Shown: positions 39,135 to 48,350, numbered from the stretch's first letter. The stretch is 64,000 bases of DNA from an uncultured virus (IMG/VR IMGVR_UViG_2061766007_001638) (IMGVR_UViG_2061766007_001638), one strand, 5' to 3'. Notes: generated by a model from the letters alone, not told the origin. Translations and numbers: made by a program.

Positions 39135-39570
39135 ATGAAGCTCCAGTGCTGGGTCTGGAGGGTAAAATGAAAACCCGTAGCTCTTTGACAATTGAACTGA
39201 TTTGGAAACTGCGGATGCACATTGGTCCGCGAGTCGTCACGGCGACTATAAACAGGTATCAGGCCGTGAGCGGCGACCTGGCAAAGGGGTCTGTGGAAAA
39301 AGGGCCTCAGACCAGGTGCGCGTTACGCTTTGGGCGGACGGGAAGATGGGAGACAAAACCATACCTGAAACACTGCCGAAATGGAATAACTGAAGAAAGA
39401 ACAGACGTGGCAAGGTCCGCGTGGCCAGCAGTGGTTCCAGTCGGTGCCCGTACCGTCACCGAAAATGCTTGTGGGTGAGGGTTCCTTTAGACGTAAAGTT
39501 GAACCTGGCATGGGGATATACGCCTCGGGTCCTCTAGAAGGATATGGCTCCCCGAAATTAACCCTCGCGC
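39135..39570 (+). ncRNA. Candidate large structured ncRNA heading the tRNA operon
   Basis: Sigma70 promoter 39099-39127, no SD-led ORF, many hairpins, long-range pairing GTGAGGGTT/AACCCTCGC. Confidence 0.5.
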
Positions 39571-39576
39571 TTTAAT

Positions 39577-39656
39577 GGGGCCGTGGCTCGAGTGTGGTAA
39601 AGGCATCTGCTTTGCAAGCAGACAAATAGTGGGTTCGACTCCCATCGGTTCCACCA
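39577..39656 (+). tRNA. tRNA-Ala(UGC)
   Basis: TCTGC-TTTGCAA-GCAGA, G3:U70, ACCA. Confidence 0.92.
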
Positions 39657-39744
39657 TTGCATCAAATGGAGTTCTCCAGCTCTCTCCCTCCTTTCCCCAG
39701 GACTTTTCCTTTCTTCCTGGGTTTCAAAGAGCTGTTCGATTTAT

Positions 39745-39830
39745 TGCGGGATAGAGTAGAGGTCAAACTCAGGAGGCCCATAACCTCCCGTCGAAAGACA
39801 CGTTGGGTTCAATTCCCACTCCCGCTACCA
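39745..39830 (+). tRNA. tRNA-Met(CAU), initiator-like, long variable arm
   Basis: GGAGG-CCCATAA-CCTCC, 1:72 mismatch, ACCA. Confidence 0.85.
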
Positions 39831-39915
39831 TTTTTGGAGACCACAACGCGGCATTGAATTGCCGTTCATCGGATTGTCCTGAGGGACGTAAAAGAGCTGT
39901 ACCGCTGGAAATAAT

Positions 39916-39991
39916 AGGAGAGTAGCTCAGCGGTGAGAGCAGCATCCTTATAAGTTGTTGGTCGTGGGTTCAATTCCCACCTCTCCTACCA
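39916..39991 (+). tRNA. tRNA-Ile(UAU)
   Basis: Loop CTTATAA, AGGAGAG/CTCTCCT acceptor, ACCA. Confidence 0.85.
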
Positions 39992-39999
39992 CTTTGTGA

Positions 40000-40076
40000 T
40001 GGAAGCGTGGCCGAAAGGTTTAGGCACCATCCTTTTAAGATGGGACATGCGCGTTCGATTCGCGTCGCTTCTACCA
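40000..40076 (+). tRNA. tRNA-Lys(UUU)
   Basis: CCATC-CTTTTAA-GATGG, ACCA. Confidence 0.88.
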
Positions 40077-40089
40077 TCTTTTATAATTT

Positions 40090-40165
40090 ACGGTCTTGGT
40101 ATTCGTGGCGAGTGCCTCGGACTCCAAATCCGAAGAGGGAAGTTCGACTCTTCCAGACCGTGCCA
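40090..40165 (+). tRNA. tRNA-Trp(CCA)
   Basis: TCGGA-CTCCAAA-TCCGA, GCCA. Confidence 0.92.
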
Positions 40166-40279
40166 GTCGCACCTCGCAGAACAAAGCGGTTCTCGCCGAC
40201 GCCATACGAAACTCATTCTCGTGTTGCCCAGAGACGGATAGGGGTTGGCAAAGGTTCCGTGCGATGGCCCGACTTTCAT

Positions 40280-40353
40280 TGGGGCTTCGCATAAAAGCAG
40301 TGCACTGGCCTTTGAAGCCAAGGGAGATGGAGCGTTACCATCAGCCCCAACCA
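40280..40353 (+). tRNA. tRNA-Gln(UUG), atypical T-loop AGCGTTA
   Basis: TGGC-CTTTGAA-GCCA, TGGGGCT/AGCCCCA, ACCA. Confidence 0.85.
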
Positions 40354-40389
40354 AGGGGCCTGGCATTTTGGGGCCTGGAATTTCCAGAA

Positions 40390-40466
40390 TCCATCGTGGC
40401 GCAACTGGCAGTCGCGGAAAGCTCAAACCTTTCATGTTGTGGGTTCGAATCCCGCCGATGGAACCA
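40390..40466 (+). tRNA. tRNA-Leu(CAA), short variable loop
   Basis: GAAAG-CTCAAAC-CTTTC, ACCA. Confidence 0.88.
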
Positions 40467-40544
40467 CCCCAAGTAGCCCAATTGGCAGCAGGCAGGGGAC
40501 TTAAAATCCCCAAAGTGTGGGTCCGAATCCCATCTTGGGGACCA
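40467..40544 (+). tRNA. tRNA-Leu(UAA), short variable loop
   Basis: GGGGA-CTTAAAA-TCCCC, ACCA. Confidence 0.88.
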
Positions 40545-40546
40545 AT

Positions 40547-40621
40547 GCTGGCGTGGCAGAACGGCTATGCACCGACCTCGTAAGTCGGAGGATGAGGTCT
40601 CGGAATCCTCCGCCAGCTCCA
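40547..40621 (+). tRNA. tRNA-Thr(CGU)
   Basis: CCGAC-CTCGTAA-GTCGG, TCCA. Confidence 0.85.
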
Positions 40622-40630
40622 AAAACATCT

Positions 40631-40729
40631 TTGCCAATGGTGAAAAGCTGGATATACACACCCTCATTGGGGAGGGCGCAGGAGGCGAGAGCCCTGCAGT
40701 GCGGTGGTTGCATCCCGCTTGGCAGACCA
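40631..40729 (+). ncRNA. tRNA-like RNA, 6-nt anticodon loop, long variable arm, ACCA end
   Basis: TTGCCAA/TTGGCAG, CCCTC-ATTGGG-GAGGG, GCAGG/CCTGC arm. Confidence 0.65.
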
Positions 40730-40733
40730 ATAT

Positions 40734-40820
40734 GGGAGAAGAACCTGGTTCGAATCCAGGCTTGGGCGAATCCTGAAATACGGTGATGTGCCTGGTCGTC
40801 TATTAGGCAGGACGTCTCCC
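40734..40820 (+). ncRNA. Circularly permuted tRNA-like RNA (YrlA-type topology)
   Basis: Order GGGAGA, T-arm CCTGG-TTCGAAT-CCAGG, looped acceptor, D-arm GTC-TATTAGGCAG-GAC, TCTCCC. Confidence 0.7.
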
Positions 40821-40827
40821 TTTAAAT

Positions 40828-40902
40828 ATTCCCATAGCTCAACGGAAGAGCGCATGGCTACGAACCATGAGGCTGGGGGTTCGAGTCCCTCTGGGAATGC
40901 CA
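40828..40902 (+). tRNA. tRNA-Arg(ACG)
   Basis: CATGG-CTACGAA-CCATG, GCCA. Confidence 0.92.
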
Positions 40903-40934
40903 AAGATGTTTTATTCGACTTTATTTTGATTTAT

Positions 40935-41062
40935 TCGGGCGTGGCGAAATGGTAGCCGCAGGGGACTGTCGGTCTATAGTTAAATGGTAGAATGCAATCA
41001 TGAGAATGGCTGCGATTCTGGTTCAATTCCAGATAGACCGTCCATAATCCCCCGCCGCAAGG
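40935..41062 (+). tRNA. Interrupted tRNA-Asn(GUU) with nested tRNA-like insert at 40970-41044; 3' end lost at N gap
   Basis: GGGGA-CTGT[75-nt insert]TAA-TCCCC restores CTGTTAA. Confidence 0.7.
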
Positions 41063-41104
41063 NNNNNNNNNNNGTGGATTCGAATTTGGTAAATATTAAC
41101 AGTT

Positions 41105-41914
41105 ATGAAACACTTTATTATCTATCAAATTCGAAACAAATTAAACGGAATGATATATGTTGGAAAACATATGACCGAGGACCTAGATGACGGATATATG
41201 GGTTCTGGATTAAGAATACGAAGAGCCATTGAGAAATATGGGATTGATAACTTCGAAAAAACAGTCCTACATGAATGTGCGTCTGAGCAGGAAATGGACG
41301 ATATGGAGGCTGTAATAGTAAACGAGGATTTCATTTCCAGAGATGATGTCTACAATATTATTCCTGGTGGTCTTGGTGGATTTTAGCATGTGAATGAATC
41401 TGGATTGAACATATATCCGAATTGGATTTCGATAGACAAGAGAAATAAAGACCTATTTGAGAAAACTGGAAAATATCCATCTTCTGGATGGCAATCTAGA
41501 ATGAGAGACAAAAACCCAGAAAAATATGAAAAATTTAGAAAAAATCTCTCTAATTCAATAAAACAGCACATCAAGGAGTATGGCTCGGTTTGGTCTGGGA
41601 GAAAACATTCAGATGAAACGAAACGAAAAATGCGAGATATGCATAAAAAGAACCATTATCAGGCTGGAAACAGAAATTCCCAATACGGAACCGTATGCAT
41701 GTTCAACGAAACCATTCGAAAAACGAGACGTGTGAAACCAGACGAAATCTAGAAGTATTTGGAAAGTGGATGGAAGAAGGGAGCGGTATACAACTGGGAT
41801 AGATTCTTTTCAAGACAAAAAGAATCCAAAAATTTTAAAAGGAATGACGACGTGAAGAATCCCATTGGGGTCGCAACTGTACTGGACCGATGGCCGTCGC
41901 AAGACGGTGCATAA
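41105..41914 (+). CDS. GIY-YIG homing endonuclease with NUMOD3-like motif; two in-frame TAG
   Basis: IYQIRN..NG.IYVGKH...DGYMGSG, YN...GG.GG, KHSDETKRKM; frame stays open across TAG 41384 and 41750 to TAA 41912. Confidence 0.85.
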
Positions 41915-42068
41915 AGCTCATGATGCTGAAGGTACGGGTGTTCCTGTTTTTTACGCCTGGCATCGGGCGTCCGTGGAAAGCGTACGGTCCACGGTTAAGG
42001 AAACTGATACGGACTATGTCCCACTAGATAACGAAGGGGGACTGGGGTTCGATTCCCCACTGGTTTCA
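41867..42068 (+). ncRNA. Possible short tmRNA-like / tRNA-like RNA
   Basis: 5' GGGGTCG...CTGGAC and 3' GGAC-TGGGG-TTCGATT-CCCCA-CTGGTTTCA resemble a tmRNA tRNA-like domain. Confidence 0.35.
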
Positions 42069-42084
42069 GATGCACGTTTTCATC

Positions 42085-42159
42085 GCTGGCTTGGCACAGA
42101 GGTTCTGCACCTTCCTTGTAAGAAGGATTACGGGGGTTCGAATCCCTCAGCCAGCTCCA
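42085..42159 (+). tRNA. tRNA-Thr(UGU)
   Basis: CCTTC-CTTGTAA-GAAGG, TCCA. Confidence 0.92.
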
Positions 42160-42164
42160 TTTTT

Positions 42165-42240
42165 CAGGCCATGGTATATCAGCTATGCACGATAGTTTTG
42201 GGAACTATAGGTCCTGGGGCAGCACCAGGTGGCCTGACCA
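42165..42240 (+). tRNA. tRNA-Pro(UGG), atypical T-loop
   Basis: ATAGT-TTTGGGA-ACTAT, CAGGCCA/TGGCCTG, ACCA. Confidence 0.85.
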
Positions 42241-42279
42241 GATTTAGCTTAAAGGTAATGCATTCGGTAAATATATAAC

Positions 42280-43209
42280 ATGAAAAATTATCAATGTGTA
42301 TGCGGGAAATCTTTCTCTAATGGCCGTTCTTTACAGAGTCATGAAAGATGTTGCAAAGAATACAAGAAATCAAAAGAATTAAAACAGCTTGAACTTTTAC
42401 GGGAAAGAGAATCAAAACGTCTTCCAAATGGGATGTTTGTCTGTGAAAATCCAAGATGCAAGAAAGAACATGATGGAAGTTACGGGTCTGGTAGATTTTG
42501 TTCGGATTCGTGTAGGAGGTCTTTTAACGCTCAGCAAAACAATTTTGAGCATATTCGTATCAAAAGAATCGAATATATAAATAAAAATCCTTCTGCAAGA
42601 AGTCCGCATGGAACCTGGAAATGCAAAAATTGTGATTTAATTTTTAATACAAGACAGGAACTTTTTGCTCATAACAAAGAGATTCATCCACACAAAGGAA
42701 CTTCTTGGAACAAAGGACTGACAAAGTATACAGACAAACGTGTTGCCGAAAACGCAAAGAATGTTTCAAAATCAATGAAAGAACGAAGTAAACTTGGATT
42801 ATTAAACAAATGGTTTAGTAAAGATGGATGGACCGATGAAATGAGAAAAAGATTCTCTGATATGAAAAAGAAATTATATATGGAACATCCAGAAAAACAT
42901 CCAAATAGAAAATTGGCAAATAACAAGCACAAAATGACATATCCAGAAAAAGTTGCCTTTGAATGGTTAACAGAACATAACATAAAATTTGTTAATCAAT
43001 ATAAATTAGTCTTAGAGGGAAATGCACGTTATGTTGATTTTCTTGTTAACAATAACATAATAATAGAAATAGACGGTGAGTTTTGGCATCCAATTGGAAA
43101 CAAAAATGATTTTTGCAAGGATGAACTAGCTAAAAAACATGGATATGTAACATACAGAATAAGGGCATCAGAACGAATAATTGATAAATTACAAGAAATT
43201 TTTGGATAA
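42280..43209 (+). CDS. Zinc-finger + DUF559/Vsr-like endonuclease (free-standing homing-type)
   Basis: CxC/CxxC fingers, HDGSYGSGRFCS, WNKGLTK, TYPEK...YVDF...IEIDGEFWH; AT-rich relative to flanks. Confidence 0.8.
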   Translation: MKNYQCVCGKSFSNGRSLQSHERCCKEYKKSKELKQLELLRERESKRLPNGMFVCENPRCKKEHDGSYGSGRFCSDSCRRSFNAQQNNFEHIRIKRIEYINKNPSARSPHGTWKCKNCDLIFNTRQELFAHNKEIHPHKGTSWNKGLTKYTDKRVAENAKNVSKSMKERSKLGLLNKWFSKDGWTDEMRKRFSDMKKKLYMEHPEKHPNRKLANNKHKMTYPEKVAFEWLTEHNIKFVNQYKLVLEGNARYVDFLVNNNIIIEIDGEFWHPIGNKNDFCKDELAKKHGYVTYRIRASERIIDKLQEIFG

Positions 43210-43218
43210 TCTTTTGTT

Positions 43219-43310
43219 GGGCTTGTGGCGAAATTGGCAGCACGCGACAGTTTGAGGGACTGTTGGGAAGTCACAGTACCGTGGAGGTTCGAGTCCTCTC
43301 AGGCCCACCA
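43219..43310 (+). tRNA. tRNA-Leu(GAG)
   Basis: ACAGT-TTGAGGG-ACTGT, long variable region, ACCA. Confidence 0.88.
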
Positions 43311-43445
43311 ACCTTGGCAAGGGACACTTGGACGCGCACGGTAGGGTTGGCGCGTCTTTACCTGGACAGCATGGTCCAGCCTGGACTAATAACCATATTC
43401 CACGACGTGTTTCTGGAATAGGTGGTCCGAAAAACCGCATCTTTT

Positions 43446-43524
43446 GGCATCGTACCCAATGCTGGAACAGGGACTGGTCTGCAAAACCAGTTTAACGTGG
43501 GTTCAATTCCCTCCGATGTCTCCA
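43446..43524 (+). tRNA. tRNA-Cys(GCA)
   Basis: CTGGT-CTGCAAA-ACCAG, TCCA. Confidence 0.92.
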
Positions 43525-43525
43525 T

Positions 43526-43602
43526 GCTCGCGTAGTCCAATTGGCAGAGTCGACACGTTCAGGTCGTGTAAAGTGTGGGTTCGAATCCCTCCGCGAGTAC
43601 CA
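43526..43602 (+). tRNA. tRNA-Leu(CAG), short variable loop
   Basis: ACACG-TTCAGGT-CGTGT, ACCA. Confidence 0.88.
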
Positions 43603-43679
43603 CCCCTCTTGTCGCAACTGGCAGTCGAGGCAGATTTAGATTCTGTTTGTTGGGGGTTCGAATCCCTCAGAGGGGACCA
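43603..43679 (+). tRNA. tRNA-Leu(UAG), short variable loop
   Basis: GCAGA-TTTAGAT-TCTGT, ACCA. Confidence 0.88.
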
Positions 43680-44418
43680 TTTTCCTTTCGAGATACCTTT
43701 TCTCGAAAAGGGCCACCACTTCGGGCTCTGGTCTGTAAGTATGCAATTTACCCATTGCGTCTGTTTGGTCGAAGCAGCATATCCGCCTTGGTGCACTACC
43801 TCTCGTCTTGTTCGAAATTATGGTCGAAGGAACTATCCTGACTCCGTTCGAATGGACTATGCAGGAATAAAGGCAGTCGTCGTTGTATGTATTGACTATC
43901 TCGTCTGTCAGGAACCACTCGTATCCACGGAACATCCATCTTGCGACTAACGACCCTGGAGCGAAACACCTGATTCTCTAACCCAGGACAAGCCCCTTGG
44001 AAATATGGCTCTTCGCGGTTCCAGATGTTATGGCGCATTTCCTGCCATATGCGTCATATTCGATTATCCTGCACTTCAGGAGGTCCGAGGGAATAAGCTG
44101 GTCGTCGTCTATGAAAAGGATTACGTCGTCGTCATCCAAAAGAGGGAGAATCGGGAATATCTTCTTCATGCTCTTCGTGTTCGGTCCTGGAACCCAGTTG
44201 ATTCTGAAATTCTTGTATTTTCTGGTCATTTCCAGAAGTTCCTTCGGAAGCTCGTCTTCCTTCTTTGGAAATTCCTCTTCTGAGAGATTCAGGAACATGA
44301 CGTCTGGTTTCTCGAATCCCTTAAAAACCGCGTTTACCACCGTGGCGCAGTTGTCTATCCTTTTTGTCCACGACGTCATCGTCACGACCTTTTTTCCGAT
44401 TTTTCTCATTATGGACAT
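43636..44418 (-). CDS. GT-A fold glycosyltransferase-like protein; one in-frame TAG
   Basis: VVTMTSW..RI...KPD...LNLS..EF, KSMKK.FP, IDDD, later NDD; ORFs 43978..44418 and 43636..43935 share a frame across TAG 43978-43980. Confidence 0.75.
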
Positions 44419-44438
44419 ATTTACGGTGATTTTTTTAT

Positions 44439-44516
44439 GCTTCTGTAGACAAACTGGTTACAGTCACCTCCCTCTCAAGGAGGAATTTGTGGGTTCAAGT
44501 CCCTCCAGAAGCGCCA
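44439..44516 (+). tRNA. tRNA-Glu(CUC)
   Basis: CCTCC-CTCTCAA-GGAGG, GCCA. Confidence 0.92.
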
Positions 44517-44522
44517 TTTTAT

Positions 44523-44609
44523 GGAGAGTTGTGCGGAATGGTAACGCACCGCATTGGAAGTGCGGCTCCTTAACTGGAATTGTCCGTTCGAGTCGGACAC
44601 TCTCCGCCA
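44523..44609 (+). tRNA. tRNA-Ser(GGA)
   Basis: CCGCA-TTGGAAG-TGCGG, long arm, GCCA. Confidence 0.92.
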
Positions 44610-44610
44610 G

Positions 44611-44698
44611 GGATGGATTCTCCTAAACGGTAAAGGTCCCGCCTCGAAAGCGGGTGGGCCAAAAGCCCGTGCAGGTTCAAGTCCTGCTCCATCCGCCA
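44611..44698 (+). tRNA. tRNA-Ser(CGA)
   Basis: CCCGC-CTCGAAA-GCGGG, long arm, GCCA. Confidence 0.92.
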
Positions 44699-44702
44699 TC
44701 TT

Positions 44703-44766
44703 GGAGAGGTGCGATAATGGTATTCGAGCGGCTTNNNNNNNNNNNNNNNNNNNNNNNNNNNNNNNN
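44703..44766 (+). tRNA. Partial tRNA, probably Ser (anticodon in gap)
   Basis: GGAGAGG 5' strand and D-arm like the neighbouring Ser tRNAs. Confidence 0.55.
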
Positions 44767-44768
44767 TT

Positions 44769-44856
44769 GGAAGAATGTGATAATGGTAGTCAGACGGTCT
44801 TGAAAACCGTTGGGGTCTAAAAGCCCTTGGGGGTTCGAGTCCCTCTTCTTCCGCCA
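44769..44856 (+). tRNA. tRNA-Ser(UGA)
   Basis: ACGGT-CTTGAAA-ACCGT, long arm, GCCA. Confidence 0.92.
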
Positions 44857-44860
44857 TAAT

Positions 44861-44938
44861 GCCCCTGTAGACAAACTGGTTACAGTCGCCAGGTTTTCAT
44901 CCTGGAGCTTGAGGGTTCGACTCCCTCCTGGGGTGCCA
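44861..44938 (+). tRNA. tRNA-Glu(UUC)
   Basis: CCAGG-TTTTCAT-CCTGG, GCCA. Confidence 0.92.
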
Positions 44939-44970
44939 TTTCGAGGAAAGTTCTTTCCGTATAATATTTC

Positions 44971-45191
44971 AGATGCAGATGGAAGTTCCTATGCTAAATT
45001 CATGGATTATGAAAACGTATACTTCCCGCATCTCCATTTGACGCAGACGACGTTCCTATCAATTGGTATAAGTTTTGGGCCAAAAGCCCAAAATGAAACG
45101 GTCCGAATCCGTATATACGTCCCGCGTCTTTCCCTTTCTGGGCAAAGGATGTTCCTATTATTCCTACGACGAAACAATATACATCCCGCCC
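44971..45191 (+). ncRNA. Three tandem small RNAs sharing a conserved bulged helix (Y-RNA-stem-like)
   Basis: Units 44971-45033, 45040-45128, 45140-45191: GC-A(N)2-3-NGANGT-TCC-TAT...(A/G)TA-T-ACNTCC-C-GC with compensatory changes; same stem closes 50603-50729. Confidence 0.7.
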
Positions 45192-45197
45192 TATTTT

Positions 45198-45273
45198 GGG
45201 GTGTTGGTAGAACGGCTTCATATTTCTCACTGTCTATGAGAAGAAACGGGTTCAACTCCCGTACACCCCGCCA
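45198..45273 (+). tRNA. tRNA-Asp(GUC)
   Basis: TCTCA-CTGTCTA-TGAGA, GCCA. Confidence 0.9.
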
Positions 45274-46543
45274 ACTTTCCAGGTTATCAGAATCACAGGA
45301 TGTGCCTCGACTATTTCCTGGAATAAGATTTGACGTTTCCTCATGGAAACATTTTTTGAAAAATGTGACATTTTGACACNNNNNNNNNNNNNNNNNNNNN
45401 NNNNNNNNNNNNNNNNNNNNNGAATTTATTCAATTTTTATTTCGTATAATATTCATGAGAGCGGGACTAAGTAGTAAAAAACAAACAAAAAAGAAAAAAC
45501 GCGGAGCTAAAATCCACAAAAAGCCAAATNNNNNNNNNNNNNNNNNNNNNNNNNNNNNNNNNNNNNNNNNNNNNNNNNNNNNNNNNNNNNNNNNNNNNNN
45601 NNNNNNNNNNNNNNNNNNNNNNNNNNNNNNNATTTCCCGCTCAAAAAAGCACTTTTAAAGTAAAAAACAAGTCCCCTCCAAGAATTCGACCAGTTTTCGT
45701 CTTTCCCGTGGAATTGACTTGACGGAGGTTCCTCTGTTTGGTATAATATATGGCACAAAGGAAAAACAAAAAGGAGAAGAGAAAATGGACTGGTATGGAA
45801 ACAACGGCTTCAGGTGCGTGAATCTCCACGAGAACGAATACGGGGAAGAGGTCTGCAGGTACACGGACTGTCCGTGCGGCTGTTTCTCAAGGAGGGAATG
45901 CTCCTTCTCGGACTGCTTCGACGGGATTCCTGGGGAGTTTGACTGAAAGACGGACTTGGAAGAAAGAAAGAGAGAAATTAAAATGGAAGAAAACGGAAAA
46001 GGGATGGAAAAGCGGATTGAGTTCGCGGGGAAATGCGAGGAGCTCGCGGAGTTGGGGAGGGAAGTCCCGAGCGGGGGATGGGACGTCCCGATGAACTTCA
46101 TCGTGGACTCTCTCAGGAACTGGGCGAAGTGCTATCGGATGCCGCCCAGGAACATTGGATGAGGGAGAGGGAAGCGCATGGAAAGGGATTTGGAGAAAAA
46201 GAGATTCGAAATGGCGTCGATGCTTGGGTGGGCGCTGTTCGTGAAGTTCCTCAAGTTCCTGGCGGCGGCTGGGGCGGTGTTCCTCCTGANNNNNNNNNNN
46301 NNNNNNNNNNNNNNGCTGGAAATTCCGTCCAGGGGGTCAGGATTTCCCCCTCGGACTTCAGGTGAAGGAGGAGGGGAACGTGGATATGGAACTAGTCCTT
46401 TCCCGCGAAAGGATGGAGGCTTATGGGGCGTCCTGGTGACTGAATATGGTTTTCTTCTGGATTTGACTTGACTGGTCTTCGGACCTTTGGTATAATATTG
46501 GCACATTTTGGTTCTTTGGCAATTGAGGTTTTTCTTAAAAGGA

Positions 46544-46689
46544 GTTCCCGTAGCTCAAAGGAAGAGCAGGAGCCTTCGTCGGGGTCGTTCAAGCAGGACG
46601 TCCAGCACTATCTGGAAAATCCGAGTTCGAGTCTCGGACCTGGCACCGTAAGCTTCTGGTTGGAGGTTCGAGTCCTCTCGGGAATGCCA
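46544..46689 (+). tRNA. Interrupted tRNA-Arg (UCU, or UCG with a 1-nt shifted junction) with nested tRNA-like insert at 46578-46648
   Basis: GTTCCCG/CGGGAAT-GCCA, GGAGC-CTTC[71 nt]TAA-GCTTC, complete outer D and T arms. Confidence 0.85.
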
Positions 46690-46698
46690 ATTTGCGAT

Positions 46699-46773
46699 TG
46701 GTCCATGGTGAAACAGACATCACGGAATCCTCCTAAGATTCAATTTCGGGTGCGATTCCCGATGGACCAACCA
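46699..46773 (+). tRNA. tRNA-Arg(CCU)
   Basis: GAATC-CTCCTAA-GATTC, TGGTCCA/TGGACCA, ACCA. Confidence 0.88.
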
Positions 46774-46874
46774 TAGTCCGAACTCATGGTTCCACCCAAC
46801 AGATTCGGACTTTTATCTTTGGTAAATAATTCAGGACGTTAGTGGAATAACGTCTTGAAAATAAAGGTAAAAAT

Positions 46875-47747
46875 ATGAAATGCGAAGAGTGTGGAAATGA
46901 ACACGACGGCTCGTATGGAAGNNNNNNNNNNNNNNNNNNNNNNNNNNNNNNNNNNNAAGAGATAAAAATTGGAAATCCCCTTTCTCTAATCCAAAAAATA
47001 AGAGAAACAAAAAAGCACCGTTTGGGACATGGAAATGTGAAGTTTGTGATTTTATAGCAGAAACAAAAAACGAAAAATATGTTCATATACGAAAATATCA
47101 TCCAGAAACATTGATAAGACATGCGTGGAACAAAGGTTTAACAAAATACACGGATAAAAGAGTAAATCAAGGTTGTGAGTCAAAAAGAAAAAAATATGAA
47201 AATGGAGNNNNNNNNNNNNNNNNNNNNNCAGGAAACAAAGGAAAAATTATCGAGAGCACAAAGAAGTCTTTCTGTCAGAAGAAAATGCAAAAAGACTGTT
47301 CCATATATAAGAAAAGATGGAAGTGTAGTTCTCGTAGATTCTTCATACGAGATAAAACTTGCAAAAATTCTTGATGAAAATAATATAGAATGGATAAGAC
47401 CAGACCCGATTCCGTGGCTGGATGTAAAAGGAAAGACACATTTCTATTTTCCAGATTTTTATTTGACAGACTATGACATTTATCTCGACCCAAAGAACGA
47501 TTACTGTTTTGTTCAACAATCTGAAAAGATATCGTATTTTACAAAAAATTACAAAAATATCTTCTTTTTAAGAAAAGAACAATTAACAAAAGAACACGTA
47601 AATTCATTAATTGGACGGTATATCAGCTGGTTAGATAGTCGCTCTGATAAAGCGAAGGTCGTGGGTTCGAGTCCCACCCGTCCAACCAAAGGAACAAAGG
47701 AACAATGGAAGACAATCGGATGGAGAAGATACGCGAGGTATTGGTGA
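46875..47747 (+). CDS. Zinc-finger + PD-(D/E)xK endonuclease; N-terminus paralogous to 42280; frame broken by N gaps
   Basis: CEECG.EHDGSYG, GTWKC..C, WNKGLTKYTDKRV, then DSSYE..LA..LD..NI.W...YFPDFYL...IYLDPK. Confidence 0.75.
47612..47688 (+). tRNA. tRNA-Ile(GAU)
   Basis: TCGCT-CTGATAA-AGCGA, ACCA. Confidence 0.92.
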
Positions 47748-48106
47748 AGGCCAGGAAGGCCATATGCCACCATGCCGAGCATGTATGCCAAAGCTTGGCG
47801 TGGGAGAACAGCACAATAAATGCGAACTGCGGCGACGTGTTGTGCGCCCACAGGGATTTGTGCGAGGCGAAGACGGCAATCGACGAAGCCCTTTCCTTGC
47901 CGCGCCGCAACTGCGATGTCGGGACTGCGGACGAGCAGGCGGAGAGATTCGAGCGGTTCTGTGCGGAACACCACGAAGAGTGGAAAAATGGAAAGCCACT
48001 TATGGCGTGGACTTGTGATTGCCCATGCTACCAGACAAGTAAAAATTCGTGCAATTATTTTGTGTGGGCACAGATGCCATACTCGGAGGAAGGAGATGTG
48101 AAATGA
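47705..48106 (+). CDS. Cys-rich hypothetical protein
   Basis: SD-led ORF with RRNCDVGTADEQAERF..FC...C.C....WAQMPY. Confidence 0.7.
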   Translation: MEDNRMEKIREVLVKARKAICHHAEHVCQSLAWENSTINANCGDVLCAHRDLCEAKTAIDEALSLPRRNCDVGTADEQAERFERFCAEHHEEWKNGKPLMAWTCDCPCYQTSKNSCNYFVWAQMPYSEEGDVK

Positions 48107-48350
48107 GGACGGCGGATTTCATAAAGGAGCACTGCATTGGGACTTTCTGCCCAGACTTCGACTTCGAGCGTGGATGCGGGGCGTTCGACGGCGAGGAGTG
48201 CGACGAGGCGTTCTACCACCCAGAGTGGAGAGGAATGAGGATGGCCGACAGGGTCACGCGCCTCTGCGAAAGGCGGTCTCGAGAGAAGGGGACTTCCGTA
48301 TAATATGTTTGTTGATTTGATTGTTCTTTGAAAATTGAAAAATAATTTTT

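Noticed and set aside
43603..43679. Amber suppressor tRNA
   Set aside because: Anticodon is UAG (reads CUA Leu), not CUA; no canonical suppressor was found in this window
39146..45376. ORF-track ORFs overlapping tRNA genes
   Set aside because: They lack SD sequences and coincide with clear cloverleafs; only the endonuclease and glycosyltransferase-like genes were kept
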